From contig CAVQBK010000003.1 of assembly GCA_963710755.1 (NCBI GenBank), positions 64,001-128,000 of the forward strand: a stretch of 64,000 nucleotides of DNA, written 5' to 3'. The stretch comes from an uncultured bacterium. GTDB lineage: Bacteria; Oederibacteriota; JAAXVQ01; JAUVAV01. This document shows, one piece after another, positions 50,912-61,094 of the stretch. Below the pieces are notes generated by a model. The model did not search any database and was not told the origin of the DNA. It worked only from the letters and a program-made list of their open reading frames with translations. Each line of letters starts with the position of its first letter. Position 1 is the first letter of the stretch. Both the position numbers and the translations under genes were made by a program.

Positions 50912-51361
50912 TTATCCTATTTCCAATTCTTTTTCTTCCGGATTTAATTTGGGCAAGACAATACTTAGGCGGCCTTTTTCAAAACGGCTGGTAATCCCCT
51001 TGCGATCAATAAGCGGAGGTAGAAGTACTTTTTTTTCAAAAGTCTGCAACTCGGTTTTGCGCGGGGACGCTGACCAGTCCGACTCGGTTGCCGACCATTG
51101 CCTCTTCGCGGTTACCGTCAAGTGACGTTGATCCATATGGATCTGAACCTGATTTTTTTTCGCGCCTTCCAGAAGAAAGGTGATAATCACGGCTTCCCGG
51201 TTTTCTTCGACTTCCATTCCCGCTCGCCACTGGTAAAAAGCATAAGCTTGTTCCTTATGCAGCCAGGCAGGCACCACAAATTCCTTCCGCCTCAATCCAG
51301 CCACACCGTGGGTGAGAGGAATTAATTGGTTAAAAGGATTCCAATGCTTTAACGTTTTCAT
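50912..51361 (-). CDS. Hsp20/alpha-crystallin small heat shock protein
   Basis: WNPF, FEK.V.LP, F.KG.L.I.LPK; AAAGGAGG RBS. Confidence 0.8.
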   Translation of the reverse strand: MKTLKHWNPFNQLIPLTHGVAGLRRKEFVVPAWLHKEQAYAFYQWRAGMEVEENREAVIITFLLEGAKKNQVQIHMDQRHLTVTAKRQWSATESDWSASPRKTELQTFEKKVLLPPLIDRKGITSRFEKGRLSIVLPKLNPEEKELEIG

Positions 51362-51573
51362 CACGTCCTCCTTTCTTCCCAAAAACCCAAAATACGCTTT
51401 TGCCTAATTATTTGGGCAATTCTTAAAAATCTTTCATTAACAACGTTTTTTAGACACCATTTTTACCGTTTTATCTTTAATTATTATTATATTATAATAA
51501 ATTTATATTTTGATATCTTTATTTCCTATTTTTAACAACCCCGCCGCTTCCAAAAATCAGGATGCCTTACGCA

Positions 51574-52326
51574 TTAACCTTTGGCTTTACCTTGGGCGGC
51601 TACAACAGCCGTAGCCTTTTTAACGGCCTCAGCATCACCCAAGTAATAATGTTTGGTCGGTTTAAAATGCTCATCGAATTCATATACCAGGGGAATACCG
51701 GTGGGAATATTAAGCTCCACCACTTCTTTCTCTGAAAGACCATCCAGATGTTTAACCAAAGCCCGCAGAGAATTGCCGTGGGCTGAGATTACTATTTTTT
51801 TACCAGCTTGCAATGATGGGGCAATGGTTTCATGCCAGTAAGGCAGCACCCTTTCCAAAGTGATTTTAAGGGACTCGGTGTTGCGCTCTGCTTCCTGCAA
51901 AACATCAGCGTATTTAGGATCAAACTTCAGGTTCCGGGGATCATCTTCCTCCAACGGCGGAGGAGTGACGTCATAACTTCGTCGCCAAATGTGAACCTGC
52001 TCGTCACCGTATTTGGCCGCTGTTTCTGCTTTATTCAATCCTTGGAGGGCGCCATAATGGCGTTCATTTAATTTCCAGGAGCGTACCACCGGAATCCACA
52101 TCAAGTCCATTTCATCCTGGATAATCCATAACGTGCGTATGGCTCTTTTAAGGTAGGAGGTGTACGCAAGATTAAAGGTGAACCCCTCTTGCTTGAGCAG
52201 TTGCGCTGCCGCCAGAGCTTCTTTTCTTCCCTGCTCGCTAAGATCCACATCCGTCCAGCCCGTGAACAAGTTTTGCTGGTTCCATAGGCTTTGTCCGTGT
52301 CTAATTAGCACCAGTTTATTCATCAC
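51574..52326 (-). CDS. gpmA: 2,3-bisphosphoglycerate-dependent phosphoglycerate mutase
   Basis: [42 protein letters not shown]. Confidence 0.97.
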   Translation of the reverse strand: MMNKLVLIRHGQSLWNQQNLFTGWTDVDLSEQGRKEALAAAQLLKQEGFTFNLAYTSYLKRAIRTLWIIQDEMDLMWIPVVRSWKLNERHYGALQGLNKAETAAKYGDEQVHIWRRSYDVTPPPLEEDDPRNLKFDPKYADVLQEAERNTESLKITLERVLPYWHETIAPSLQAGKKIVISAHGNSLRALVKHLDGLSEKEVVELNIPTGIPLVYEFDEHFKPTKHYYLGDAEAVKKATAVVAAQGKAKG

Positions 52327-52554
52327 ACCACCCCCTTAACGTTATTAGTTGTTACTTTATTGGAACCCGAATTCGACTTTTTCACTGATGGAAAACAGGG
52401 GACACTTTTTAGTATCTTTTACCGGCAACCTCGCGAGAGAAACGAACCGGCCATCTTTTATTCGGCCTGGGTTGCCCTGGATTAATCTCAGGAATGATGG
52501 AATGGCCCATATAAACAGGGTTGGCTTATAGGACTTGCGGTTTGTACATATGGT

Positions 52555-52767
52555 TTAATTGCAAAAATAGGACATTAACCATTGCGGATGGCGGGCTTTG
52601 GCTTCTTGCAGGATTTTTTCATACAGCCAGAATTTTTTAATGGCTAAAGTTGTAATCTTTTGCCGGACTTTTTCCCGTTCCCGGGTGCGTATTTCTTTTA
52701 AGGATAATTTGCTCATCTGAAGGATGACTTGAAGTTTGGATATGGTTCCATCTAACATGGCGGTCAC
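52555..52767 (-). CDS. Small hypothetical protein
   Basis: 70-aa ORF filling an intergenic gap; helical and basic; no motif. Confidence 0.4.
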   Translation of the reverse strand: MTAMLDGTISKLQVILQMSKLSLKEIRTREREKVRQKITTLAIKKFWLYEKILQEAKARHPQWLMSYFCN

Positions 52768-52912
52768 CTGCCTTACTGAAGTTTTCCGAACCCTCTTACG
52801 GGGATCAACTTACTTGGCGGAAGGATAAACCTTTGTTTACTGATGCATTATAAGAAGCTAATGCTTGTAGTAACTATATCATGGCTGACAGCATATTGCA
52901 AATGAGCGGCGT

Positions 52913-54907
52913 TTACTTGGGGCGTTGTCGCTGTCCATGGTATAGCTTGACCAGCCAGACGATGGGCAGGCCCACGCGATAACCAAGGACCATGGCCTGG
53001 TTAATGATGGTGGTACGCACTACCCCCAATTGCCGCCACCGCCGGGCTGAGGTGGATATGCTTTGACTGGCCACGGCAATGCTTCCTCTTTTTTTACAAA
53101 CCCTCACCAACTCATAGTCTTCCATGATGGGCAGTGGTTTGAATCCACCCACTTGTTGGAAAAATCCCCGATCCAGAAACAACCCTTGATCACCATAAGG
53201 CCAGCCCAGCACCCGGGCCCGCCAGTTGGCCCATCGCGTGACCTGCTCAAGCCACCATCCCCGCTGGTCCAGCGTCAAGCCAAAGGCGCCCAGGCTTACC
53301 CCGGGCCGGCTGAGCACCTCCCGAATGGAAAGACCAAGCCCTGAAGGAACCATACTGTCGCTATGCAGAAAAAGCAGGATATCGCCCCTGGCCCGGCTGG
53401 CGCCGAGATTCATTTGAAAAGCACGGCCTCTGGGCCCTGACAGCACGCACACAGGGAAGGTCTTGGCCACTTCCATGGTCTGGTCACTGCTGCCCCCATC
53501 CACCACGATGATCTCCTGCAACGGTTCTTTTTGCAGGGCCGCCAATAAAAGAGGTAATCGTTCGGCCTCATTGAACACAGGAATAATGACCGAAATGGAC
53601 GGCCGCACAGACCGCTTTTGTACCTCCATCCAGCGGGGTAAATCTTCAGGCCGGTCGATATCATGACCCCATGTCAGCAACCCCACTGATAACTGCCGTT
53701 GCGCTGCAATAGCCCGCGTTTGTTCCAGCACCTGGTCTGACCCCCAACTCACCTGTTGGAACAGGCCCGGCTCATCCCGGGTCAGGCCAATCAGATAATA
53801 ACCTCCATCGTAAGCCGGACCGAGTACCAGGTCATGCTGATTTAAAGATTGCAACGCCTGACCCGCCAGGCCGGCATTCATCTCCACTGCATCCACACCC
53901 ACCATAATGACCCTTTTTTTACCGCGCTTAAAGGCCCTCTGAAAAGCGTGTCTCATTTTTTGCCCCAAATCACCTTTACCTTGAGGCCGCAAGAGCAGGT
54001 CCCTGCCCCAGCGGGCTTTCCATTGCGCCTTGCGGCCGCTGCTATAACAAAGTTCAACTGAAAGCCGCTGCTGGCGTTGCGCTTGTCTGGCCCAGGTCAA
54101 GCAATGGTCAATCATTAAGCTGTGTTGCCTGGCCGCACCTTCGGCCCCGAGACTGGGAATAAGACGGGTCTTGGTGCTGCCTGCTTGTGGGTAGCGGCTC
54201 ATGATCATTAAATGGTCTGGTGCTGTCCTGGGCCAAAGGGGATCCCTTCCCAGGTGCACCCGTGCCATAGCGGCCAGACCCTGCAGGAGCAGCTTCACTT
54301 TGGTCATTAGCCCTGCGAGGTCTGGCCTGGACTTGGCAACAGGATGCGCCTTTAGAGGTACTTCTGTGATGGGGATGTGACTTTGAATAGCCCTTAGGAG
54401 TATTCCCACCATCCAAGCAGAACTGCTGGCGGCGGGTTTAAGCCATTGCAAAGTGGTATAACGAATAGCCCAAAAGGACTGGACATCGGTTAAGCTTACA
54501 GCCCACCTCCAGCGAATCAGTCCTGTTAGCAAGCGCAGGAGCCAACGGGCACCCGCTTTTCTTGGTGGAGTTCCCAGCACCAAGTCCTGACGGCCTGACT
54601 GCAGGGGCTCCAGCAAGTCCATCACTTCCCTGGGATCTTCTGTAAGCGTTGGGCTGAAAAACACCACCACATCACATGGCTCCAAAGCCTGCGCAGCAGC
54701 ATGGCAGGCAGCTCCATAGTCGGCCTGGTCCAAAATAATAAGGCAGTGCCCATAGCCTTGTAATGGACTTGCCTGCTTTTCCAGATGAGCGGCCAGCACT
54801 ACCACCACGTGATCAACGTCTTTGGGCATTTCTTGCAACAGGCGATGGGCAGCGGCACCATCCTCAAGAACAGGAACCACTGCGCTAATGGTTGGCTTCT
54901 GATGCAT
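52913..54907 (-). CDS. Triple fusion: degenerate GT2 + DUF2064/TIGR04282-like transferase + TIGR04283-like GT2
   Basis: SAVVPV N-terminal GT2; P..G.TKTRL, Q..GDLG.KM, VLGPA.DGGYYLIG, DID.PEDL; SVIIP..NE, VVDGGS.D, GRA.QMN.GA, PYGDQG, PIMED, TSARRW. Confidence 0.88.
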   Translation of the reverse strand: MHQKPTISAVVPVLEDGAAAHRLLQEMPKDVDHVVVVLAAHLEKQASPLQGYGHCLIILDQADYGAACHAAAQALEPCDVVVFFSPTLTEDPREVMDLLEPLQSGRQDLVLGTPPRKAGARWLLRLLTGLIRWRWAVSLTDVQSFWAIRYTTLQWLKPAASSSAWMVGILLRAIQSHIPITEVPLKAHPVAKSRPDLAGLMTKVKLLLQGLAAMARVHLGRDPLWPRTAPDHLMIMSRYPQAGSTKTRLIPSLGAEGAARQHSLMIDHCLTWARQAQRQQRLSVELCYSSGRKAQWKARWGRDLLLRPQGKGDLGQKMRHAFQRAFKRGKKRVIMVGVDAVEMNAGLAGQALQSLNQHDLVLGPAYDGGYYLIGLTRDEPGLFQQVSWGSDQVLEQTRAIAAQRQLSVGLLTWGHDIDRPEDLPRWMEVQKRSVRPSISVIIPVFNEAERLPLLLAALQKEPLQEIIVVDGGSSDQTMEVAKTFPVCVLSGPRGRAFQMNLGASRARGDILLFLHSDSMVPSGLGLSIREVLSRPGVSLGAFGLTLDQRGWWLEQVTRWANWRARVLGWPYGDQGLFLDRGFFQQVGGFKPLPIMEDYELVRVCKKRGSIAVASQSISTSARRWRQLGVVRTTIINQAMVLGYRVGLPIVWLVKLYHGQRQRPK

Positions 54908-56372
54908 ACAGATTGCGGCTCCTGATTTTTTTTAGGATTGCCCCTATCAGAATAAACCCGGCCGGCATAATTTGCAGCCATAGCAGCCCTTGAAGTAGCC
55001 AGGAAGGCCAGCCTTGGGCCAGACCATAGGGGTAGAGATAGGACAAGGTCATAGTTATGCTCATAAGTGTAATGGTCGGAGACCATATAAACACCAGGAG
55101 CGGCAACACTAAAGCAAACACCCAAGGTACTTGTAGGGGGCTGAGTACAAACAGGCCAAGACTCATGCACAATGCGTTGCCCATCAGCGCTTGAGCATTA
55201 ATGGCAGGAACCAAAGCCCAACCTACCATCCAGGCCAACAGGATCACGCTGACCAGAACCAGAGTCCCATACTGCACAACCAGAGCGTTGGAGCTCACCC
55301 ATCCCAACAGTCCTGCACCAAGAACACTTAAACTGGAAAATAGCGTATTGGGTCCTTGGGCCAAGAGGTCCAATAAATTTAGGCTGCCATGACTTTGCTC
55401 ATAACCATAGATCATAGGCACACTCAGCAAGGCCAGAATAAGAATAAAAACACCCATTCCTTTTATGGCTGCCCACCACGATCTGGGGGACTTGCCCAGT
55501 ACCAGCGGTAGCAACAACCCCGGCCAATAGGCAATAGCCGTGGCCATGGCCAACAAAGCTGAAGCCAGTAATCGCCGATTCGCCACAGTGGCCCACAAAG
55601 CCGGTAATACCAATACCCAAGCCCATAGCCCCAATTGGGCCCGGTTATAAAATTCCAAAATCACCAAGGGATTCCACCAGTAAAGCAAGAGCCTGGTCCA
55701 CGGCCACGACCATCGTCGGCATAAACTGAAAAGGAGCAGTACCATGATCACGTCTATCAACAACAACACCACCCGCCATGCCACCATGCTCCAGGCCTTA
55801 AGTTTATAGGCCAACGCCATGAACACCAGCGCCACGGGGGGAGCAGCCAACGCCTGACCCTGGGCAATCGTGTTTAACAATTCCAGATGCTGCGATGTTA
55901 ATTGACCAATGCTGGGAGGTAAAGTCCCAGGACCAGTGCCAGATAAGCCCAATACTTTGGCTGGGGTGTAGTCATAAGGATTGAATCCTTGGGCACTCAC
56001 CGCACCGTTCCATAAATAGCGCGCGGCCTGTTCATTGCCCAGCGGCGGAGCGGTCAGCATCAGCAAGCGCATGACCAGACCCACCACCAAAATGATTACC
56101 AGCATTTTTTTCTCTGGTTTCAATAAGTTGATTTTTAGGGCAGCCAGCAAGAAGATAAACATGCCAGCCACCATTATTCCAAACAGAATAACTCCTGATT
56201 GTGCTGCACCGGACTGGTGCCAGCTTGGATGTAGAACCAATTGCTGCAACCCCCAAGCCCAGAGCAACAACCCAACCCCGCTGAACCCTATCAGCTGCGG
56301 GACGTGGCGCTCCCAAAAATAATTAATCCTGTTTACAAAGCGGTCAAGGCGGTAAACTTTGGCGGTAAACAT
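54885..56372 (-). CDS. Multi-pass membrane protein, GT87/DUF2029-like (GT-C)
   Basis: RYLWNG....G.NPY...P, Y.WNPLVILE, many TM helices; ATG 56372 after GAGGTG. Confidence 0.75.
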   Translation of the reverse strand: MFTAKVYRLDRFVNRINYFWERHVPQLIGFSGVGLLLWAWGLQQLVLHPSWHQSGAAQSGVILFGIMVAGMFIFLLAALKINLLKPEKKMLVIILVVGLVMRLLMLTAPPLGNEQAARYLWNGAVSAQGFNPYDYTPAKVLGLSGTGPGTLPPSIGQLTSQHLELLNTIAQGQALAAPPVALVFMALAYKLKAWSMVAWRVVLLLIDVIMVLLLFSLCRRWSWPWTRLLLYWWNPLVILEFYNRAQLGLWAWVLVLPALWATVANRRLLASALLAMATAIAYWPGLLLPLVLGKSPRSWWAAIKGMGVFILILALLSVPMIYGYEQSHGSLNLLDLLAQGPNTLFSSLSVLGAGLLGWVSSNALVVQYGTLVLVSVILLAWMVGWALVPAINAQALMGNALCMSLGLFVLSPLQVPWVFALVLPLLVFIWSPTITLMSITMTLSYLYPYGLAQGWPSWLLQGLLWLQIMPAGFILIGAILKKIRSRNLYASEANH

Positions 56373-56547
56373 AAACACCTCAAGTGATGAACTGATCAAA
56401 ATTCCCGGGCACTTATTGGCAGGTCCGGGGCTAAAACAGATGTGGCCTGACTTTTTTTTTATGGTAAAGTAGCCTGACCCGGTTCTGCAGGCAAGAACGC
56501 TGATGATCGCGCCTGCCACTTTACCCGGACATACGCAGGAGGCGCTC

Positions 56548-57054
56548 ATGCATAATCTTAATTATATGGAAGCTGCTGAAAAAGTGACAGCAAAGTTTAC
56601 TCATAATGGCGGGTTTTTAACAGTCCAGACTGAAACCCAGCTCAACACCATGACCATCAGTTGGTGGAGCGTGGGGTTTATCTGGAAGCGTCCGGTGTTG
56701 ACCGTGGCAGTCAGACCCACCCGGCATACCTTTGAACTTATCCAAAAAGCGCAGGACTTCACGGTCACCATTCCCGTTCCCGATCTGCCCGAAGCCTTGA
56801 ACGTGTGCGGCGCCATCTCCGGCCGCGATCAGGATAAGTTTAACGCTGCTCATCTCCAGACCGAGGCTGCGCAAAAAACCAGTTCACCCGTCATCGCCGC
56901 ACCGGGCATCCATTATGAATGTCGCATTCTCCTGCGTTCAGCCATGGATCACCGGCAGATGGCCTCAGAACTGGACGTGTTTTACCCCAAGAAGGACTAT
57001 CACACTTTTTTCTTTGGAGAGATTCTGGCCTGTTATGAGACAGGTTCTGACTAA
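56548..57054 (+). CDS. Flavin reductase family protein
   Basis: NTMTI.W..G..W.RP, VRP.RHT, CG..SGRD.DK, DYH..F.GEI; AGGAGG RBS. Confidence 0.9.
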   Translation: MHNLNYMEAAEKVTAKFTHNGGFLTVQTETQLNTMTISWWSVGFIWKRPVLTVAVRPTRHTFELIQKAQDFTVTIPVPDLPEALNVCGAISGRDQDKFNAAHLQTEAAQKTSSPVIAAPGIHYECRILLRSAMDHRQMASELDVFYPKKDYHTFFFGEILACYETGSD

Positions 57055-57082
57055 AAACTTATAGGTGAATTGGCCAAGGTAT

Positions 57083-57562
57083 TCAAGGCCCGGCTGAGCC
57101 GGCCTGAAGAGGAAAGCCACTATGTTCCCAGGATTGGATTCCGTAAGGGTAATGGATAAGACTGGTATACTCGAGGACTTTTAAGCGTTCCAATAACATG
57201 CCGGCTTTAGGGCAGGCACTGTTGCTGCAATACACGACAAGTAAGGCATTATGATCGGGCAGGACTTGCGCAATCTCTTGGTCCGTCGCCTTATAGGTCA
57301 GATTAACAGCACCTGGTATATGGTTTTTTTGATACGCTTCTGCGCTGCGCCCATCCACCAGAATCAGTGGAACGTTTTTATTCAAAAGCAGTTTTAAACC
57401 AATGGTGTTAATCTGGCCAAAGACTTGGTCTTCCAGCACACAGGCCTCCTGACTGAAAGCCCTGTGGCTGCCATCATCCGAACCTGCCCACAATTGCAAA
57501 GGCGTTAAACCAACGGCCAACAAAAACAGCCTTAGGATAATTTTAAAGCATTGACAGCACAT
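57083..57562 (-). CDS. Exported rhodanese-like domain protein
   Basis: Signal-like N-terminus; VDGRS..Y...HIPGA, VVYCSNSACPK, GI.SW...G.P. Confidence 0.85.
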   Translation of the reverse strand: MCCQCFKIILRLFLLAVGLTPLQLWAGSDDGSHRAFSQEACVLEDQVFGQINTIGLKLLLNKNVPLILVDGRSAEAYQKNHIPGAVNLTYKATDQEIAQVLPDHNALLVVYCSNSACPKAGMLLERLKVLEYTSLIHYPYGIQSWEHSGFPLQAGSAGP

Positions 57563-57574
57563 GAAGCCTCCTTA

Positions 57575-58330
57575 TTAATCGCCATAAATGTCGCCAGCCT
57601 CCTGATCCACCATCCACACCAGTTCGCCCTGAGGGGCCACGGCAGCAGCAGGAAAGCGTTCCTTGGCCAGTTCCGGATTGGTCCAGATTTCACGCACCAC
57701 TTCTCTTTTGTTTTTTCCAGTTACCAAAAATAATACATGCCGGGCATGATTGACCACAGGTAAGGTCAAGCTGAGGCGATGCCCGGGCGGGTTGCCGGTA
57801 GGCGCATAGACCTGCACCACCAGACGGCGATAAGCCTGTAGATGGTGGTCATCACCAGGAAAAAGCGACAGGGTATGACCATCCGGACCCAGTCCTAATA
57901 AGACAAGATCAAATACAGGCCAATGGTCGGGACCGTTCAATTCGAATATCTGCTGGATCTCCTGCTCATAGCGCTGTGCCGCTTGACCGGGTGTGAGGTT
58001 AAGATCCGCCATGGGGTGAATATGAGCAGAAGGAATAAGTTCTTTCTTTGGCGCCAGCAGCGTTTGATAGGCCATGGCATAATTGCTGTGCTCGTGGTCC
58101 AATGCCACCCAGCGCTCATCGCCCCAGAAAAAATGGGTCTTCTGCCAGGGGAACTCCTGCTGAAAAGGGTCTTGGCTCAGGGTTTGATACAACGCCCGGG
58201 GTGTAGTGCCACCAGCCAAAACCAAGGTGAAGCGTCCTCTGCTATCCACACTGTCATTGGCAATACGCACCACTTCCATCGCCGCAGCTTCTTGTAGAAT
58301 TTCCGGAGAATCAAAGACCGTTTTTTCCAT
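57575..58330 (-). CDS. pgl: 6-phosphogluconolactonase
   Basis: LAGGTTP, FWGDER.V....SN, FDLVLLGLGPDGHT.SLFP, VTG..K. Confidence 0.95.
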   Translation of the reverse strand: MEKTVFDSPEILQEAAAMEVVRIANDSVDSRGRFTLVLAGGTTPRALYQTLSQDPFQQEFPWQKTHFFWGDERWVALDHEHSNYAMAYQTLLAPKKELIPSAHIHPMADLNLTPGQAAQRYEQEIQQIFELNGPDHWPVFDLVLLGLGPDGHTLSLFPGDDHHLQAYRRLVVQVYAPTGNPPGHRLSLTLPVVNHARHVLFLVTGKNKREVVREIWTNPELAKERFPAAAVAPQGELVWMVDQEAGDIYGD

Positions 58331-58449
58331 AAGCACCGCCTTTATCCTGGAGTGGGCCGTACCCACCGGCGCCGGTGGCCAGGCTATTTAATTTTAAAGG
58401 GTCATGGTTAGAAAAGCAACTGGTGAAGATCAGGGCGGCTAATGCGGAT

Positions 58450-59982
58450 TTACAGATTACGCCAAGCTCTTCCGTCTGCAGTCAATAGCTGATCAGCTTC
58501 CTGTGGTCCCCAGGTGCTGGCTTCATAAGGATACAGAGGGCAGTGGTGAGGTGCGCGTGCCCATTCTTGCAGAACCGGAGTGAGCAGAGTCCAGGAAGCT
58601 TCCACCCCCACACTGCTCCAGAACAGGGTCTGATCACCGATCATGGAATCGAGCAACAACCGTTCATAAGCTTCCGGCGGCGGGGTCTGAAACAAATCGT
58701 GGTATTTGAATGCCAACGATAAAGATGACATACAATGTTTGGGTCCCGGGGTTTTAGCCTGAATGCTCAAGGCCATACCCTCTTCCGGCTGGACATTTAA
58801 GACCAGCACATTCTGCTCAATCTGATCGGTCATCTCCTTGGGGAACATGGAGTGAGGTACTGGTTTGAAAACAATGGCAATTTCACTGACTTTACGTTTC
58901 ATTCGTTTGCCGGAGCGCAGGTAAAAGGGCACGCCCTGCCAACGCCAATTATCGATCATTAATTTGGCAGCCACATAGGTCTCGGTCGTGGAATTGTGGG
59001 GTACTTTGAGTTCATCACGATAGGCCGGTACACTTTGACCATTAATCGTGCCCGAGGTATATTGCCCCCGGATAATGCAAGGTCGGCCGTTTTCAGATAT
59101 GCTAAAAGGCCGGATGGACTGGAGCAATTTAATACGTTCACCCCTAACCCGGCTGGCATCAAAAGAAGTGGGTGATTCCATGGCCACCATGGCCACCATT
59201 TGCAGCATATGATTTTGAAACATATCCCGCAGCTGGCCGGCTTGATCATAGTAGCCGGCCCGGTGTTCCACGCCCAGCTCTTCAGCCACCGTAATCTGAA
59301 CGTGATCAATATAGCGCCTGTTCCAAAGGGGTTCAAATATAGCATTGGCAAAACGGAACATTAAAATATTCTGGACCGTATCTTTACCCAGGTAGTGATC
59401 GATCCGGTAAATTTGACTTTCTTTGAGCTGTTGATGTAGCAATTTATCCAAGTTAACAGCACTTTCCAAATCATGGCCAAAGGGTTTCTCAAAAATCATT
59501 CTTCTGAAATAGGCTTTATTTTCAGGCTCTTTCGATAGTCCGGTTGTACCCAGGTGCTCTGCGATCACAGCATCCAGCCCAGGAGGGGTGGATAAATAAA
59601 ATAAGTAATTCTTATCAGTATGATGAAGCTTATCCAACAAATGAATACGGTTAGCCAGTTCAGCATAATCGTTAATCTCCGTATAATCCAGATGTTGATA
59701 ATAGCATCTTTCTAAAAAAGCTTGCAAACTGTCGTGCTCATACCCATGATCCGCCAAATCCGTTTTAATCATGTCTCTAAAGCGGTTATCCTCAATGGAG
59801 GTACGGCCACAGCCAAGGATAAAAAATTGTTCCGTTAGGGTTTGTTTACGAAACAACTGGTAAAGGGAAGGCATGAGTTTACGATGCGTTAAATCTCCGG
59901 AAGCACCAAAAATTATCACGCCCACCGGACCGGCGCTGTCTTCCGCACAGGTTAAGTGATAATGTTCATCAAGCGGTACCAT
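58450..59982 (-). CDS. zwf: Glucose-6-phosphate 1-dehydrogenase
   Basis: [43 protein letters not shown]. Confidence 0.97.
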   Translation of the reverse strand: MVPLDEHYHLTCAEDSAGPVGVIIFGASGDLTHRKLMPSLYQLFRKQTLTEQFFILGCGRTSIEDNRFRDMIKTDLADHGYEHDSLQAFLERCYYQHLDYTEINDYAELANRIHLLDKLHHTDKNYLFYLSTPPGLDAVIAEHLGTTGLSKEPENKAYFRRMIFEKPFGHDLESAVNLDKLLHQQLKESQIYRIDHYLGKDTVQNILMFRFANAIFEPLWNRRYIDHVQITVAEELGVEHRAGYYDQAGQLRDMFQNHMLQMVAMVAMESPTSFDASRVRGERIKLLQSIRPFSISENGRPCIIRGQYTSGTINGQSVPAYRDELKVPHNSTTETYVAAKLMIDNWRWQGVPFYLRSGKRMKRKVSEIAIVFKPVPHSMFPKEMTDQIEQNVLVLNVQPEEGMALSIQAKTPGPKHCMSSLSLAFKYHDLFQTPPPEAYERLLLDSMIGDQTLFWSSVGVEASWTLLTPVLQEWARAPHHCPLYPYEASTWGPQEADQLLTADGRAWRNL

Positions 59983-60072
59983 AATCCTTCACCCCCTAAC
60001 ATTTCCATCCCCGCAGATGGCCTGAAAGCACACATCCATTCCTTTTCACCCAGTCCTGGATTTATTAAGTAA

Positions 60073-61038
60073 TTATTGCTGAGCCTGGGCCGGGGTTACT
60101 TCTCCAGCTCCTGCGCCTGCGGTTTTGATCGCTTCTCCGGCTTTGGCCACCGCATGCCCGCCGAACTCATTCCTCAATGCTGCCAGGACTTTATCGGAGA
60201 AACTATCCTGTTGTCTGGAACTGAAACGCTTGAACAAGGCATGAGCCAAACTGGTGGCTGCCACCCCACGCTCCACAGCCTCAAGCACGGTCCAGCGGCC
60301 TTCGCCTGAGTCTTCAACGTAGCCTGCAATCTTGTCCAACTGCGGATCTTTACCAAAAGCATCTTCCAATAGTTCCAGCAGCCACGACCGCACCACACTG
60401 CCTTGGTTCCATAGGTGAGCCACCGCCTGCAAATTCAAGTCTTCACCATATGGCGACGCTTTCAGAAGCTCAAAGCCTTCTCCGTAGGCCTGCATCATGC
60501 CATACTCAATCCCATTATGCACCATTTTAACATAATGACCGGCACCTACCGGGCCGCAATGCATGTACCCATCCTTTGGCGCCAAGCTTTCCAGCGCCGG
60601 TTTCACGCGTTCAAAATCTTCCTGGCTGCCGCCGACCATGGTGCAATAGCCTACTTTAAGACCCCAAATGCCGCCCGACACACCGGCATCCATGTAATGA
60701 AGTCCTTTGGCGCTTAAGGCCTGATGACGTTTGATGTCATCGGTGTATTTGGTATTGCCCCCTTCAATGATCAAGTCCCCTGGTTCGAGCAAATTCTGCA
60801 AGTGCTCGAGCATGTCTTCCACCGGTTTGCCAGCCGGCAACATAAGCCAAACCACGCGCGGTGCCGGCAGCTGTGCCACCAGTTCTTCTACCGTGGATGC
60901 TCCTATAGCGCCGGCCTCCACATAGGGTTGTATTTTGGAGACCGTCCGGTTGAAGACGACCACCTCGTGCCGGTCCTGTAATAAACGTCGTACCATATTG
61001 CCGCCCATGCGGCCCAATCCAATCATTCCCAGTTTCAT
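60073..61038 (-). CDS. gnd: 6-phosphogluconate dehydrogenase (decarboxylating, short form)
   Basis: GLGRMG, DAGVSGG.WG, KMVHNGIEYG, DSGEGRWT, RNEFGGH; ATG 61038 after AAGGAGG. Confidence 0.96.
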   Translation of the reverse strand: MKLGMIGLGRMGGNMVRRLLQDRHEVVVFNRTVSKIQPYVEAGAIGASTVEELVAQLPAPRVVWLMLPAGKPVEDMLEHLQNLLEPGDLIIEGGNTKYTDDIKRHQALSAKGLHYMDAGVSGGIWGLKVGYCTMVGGSQEDFERVKPALESLAPKDGYMHCGPVGAGHYVKMVHNGIEYGMMQAYGEGFELLKASPYGEDLNLQAVAHLWNQGSVVRSWLLELLEDAFGKDPQLDKIAGYVEDSGEGRWTVLEAVERGVAATSLAHALFKRFSSRQQDSFSDKVLAALRNEFGGHAVAKAGEAIKTAGAGAGEVTPAQAQQ

Positions 61039-61094
61039 CGCAGCCTCCTTAGTCCTATGAAATATTATTACCTTCTCATTCCTTGGGGGATAGT

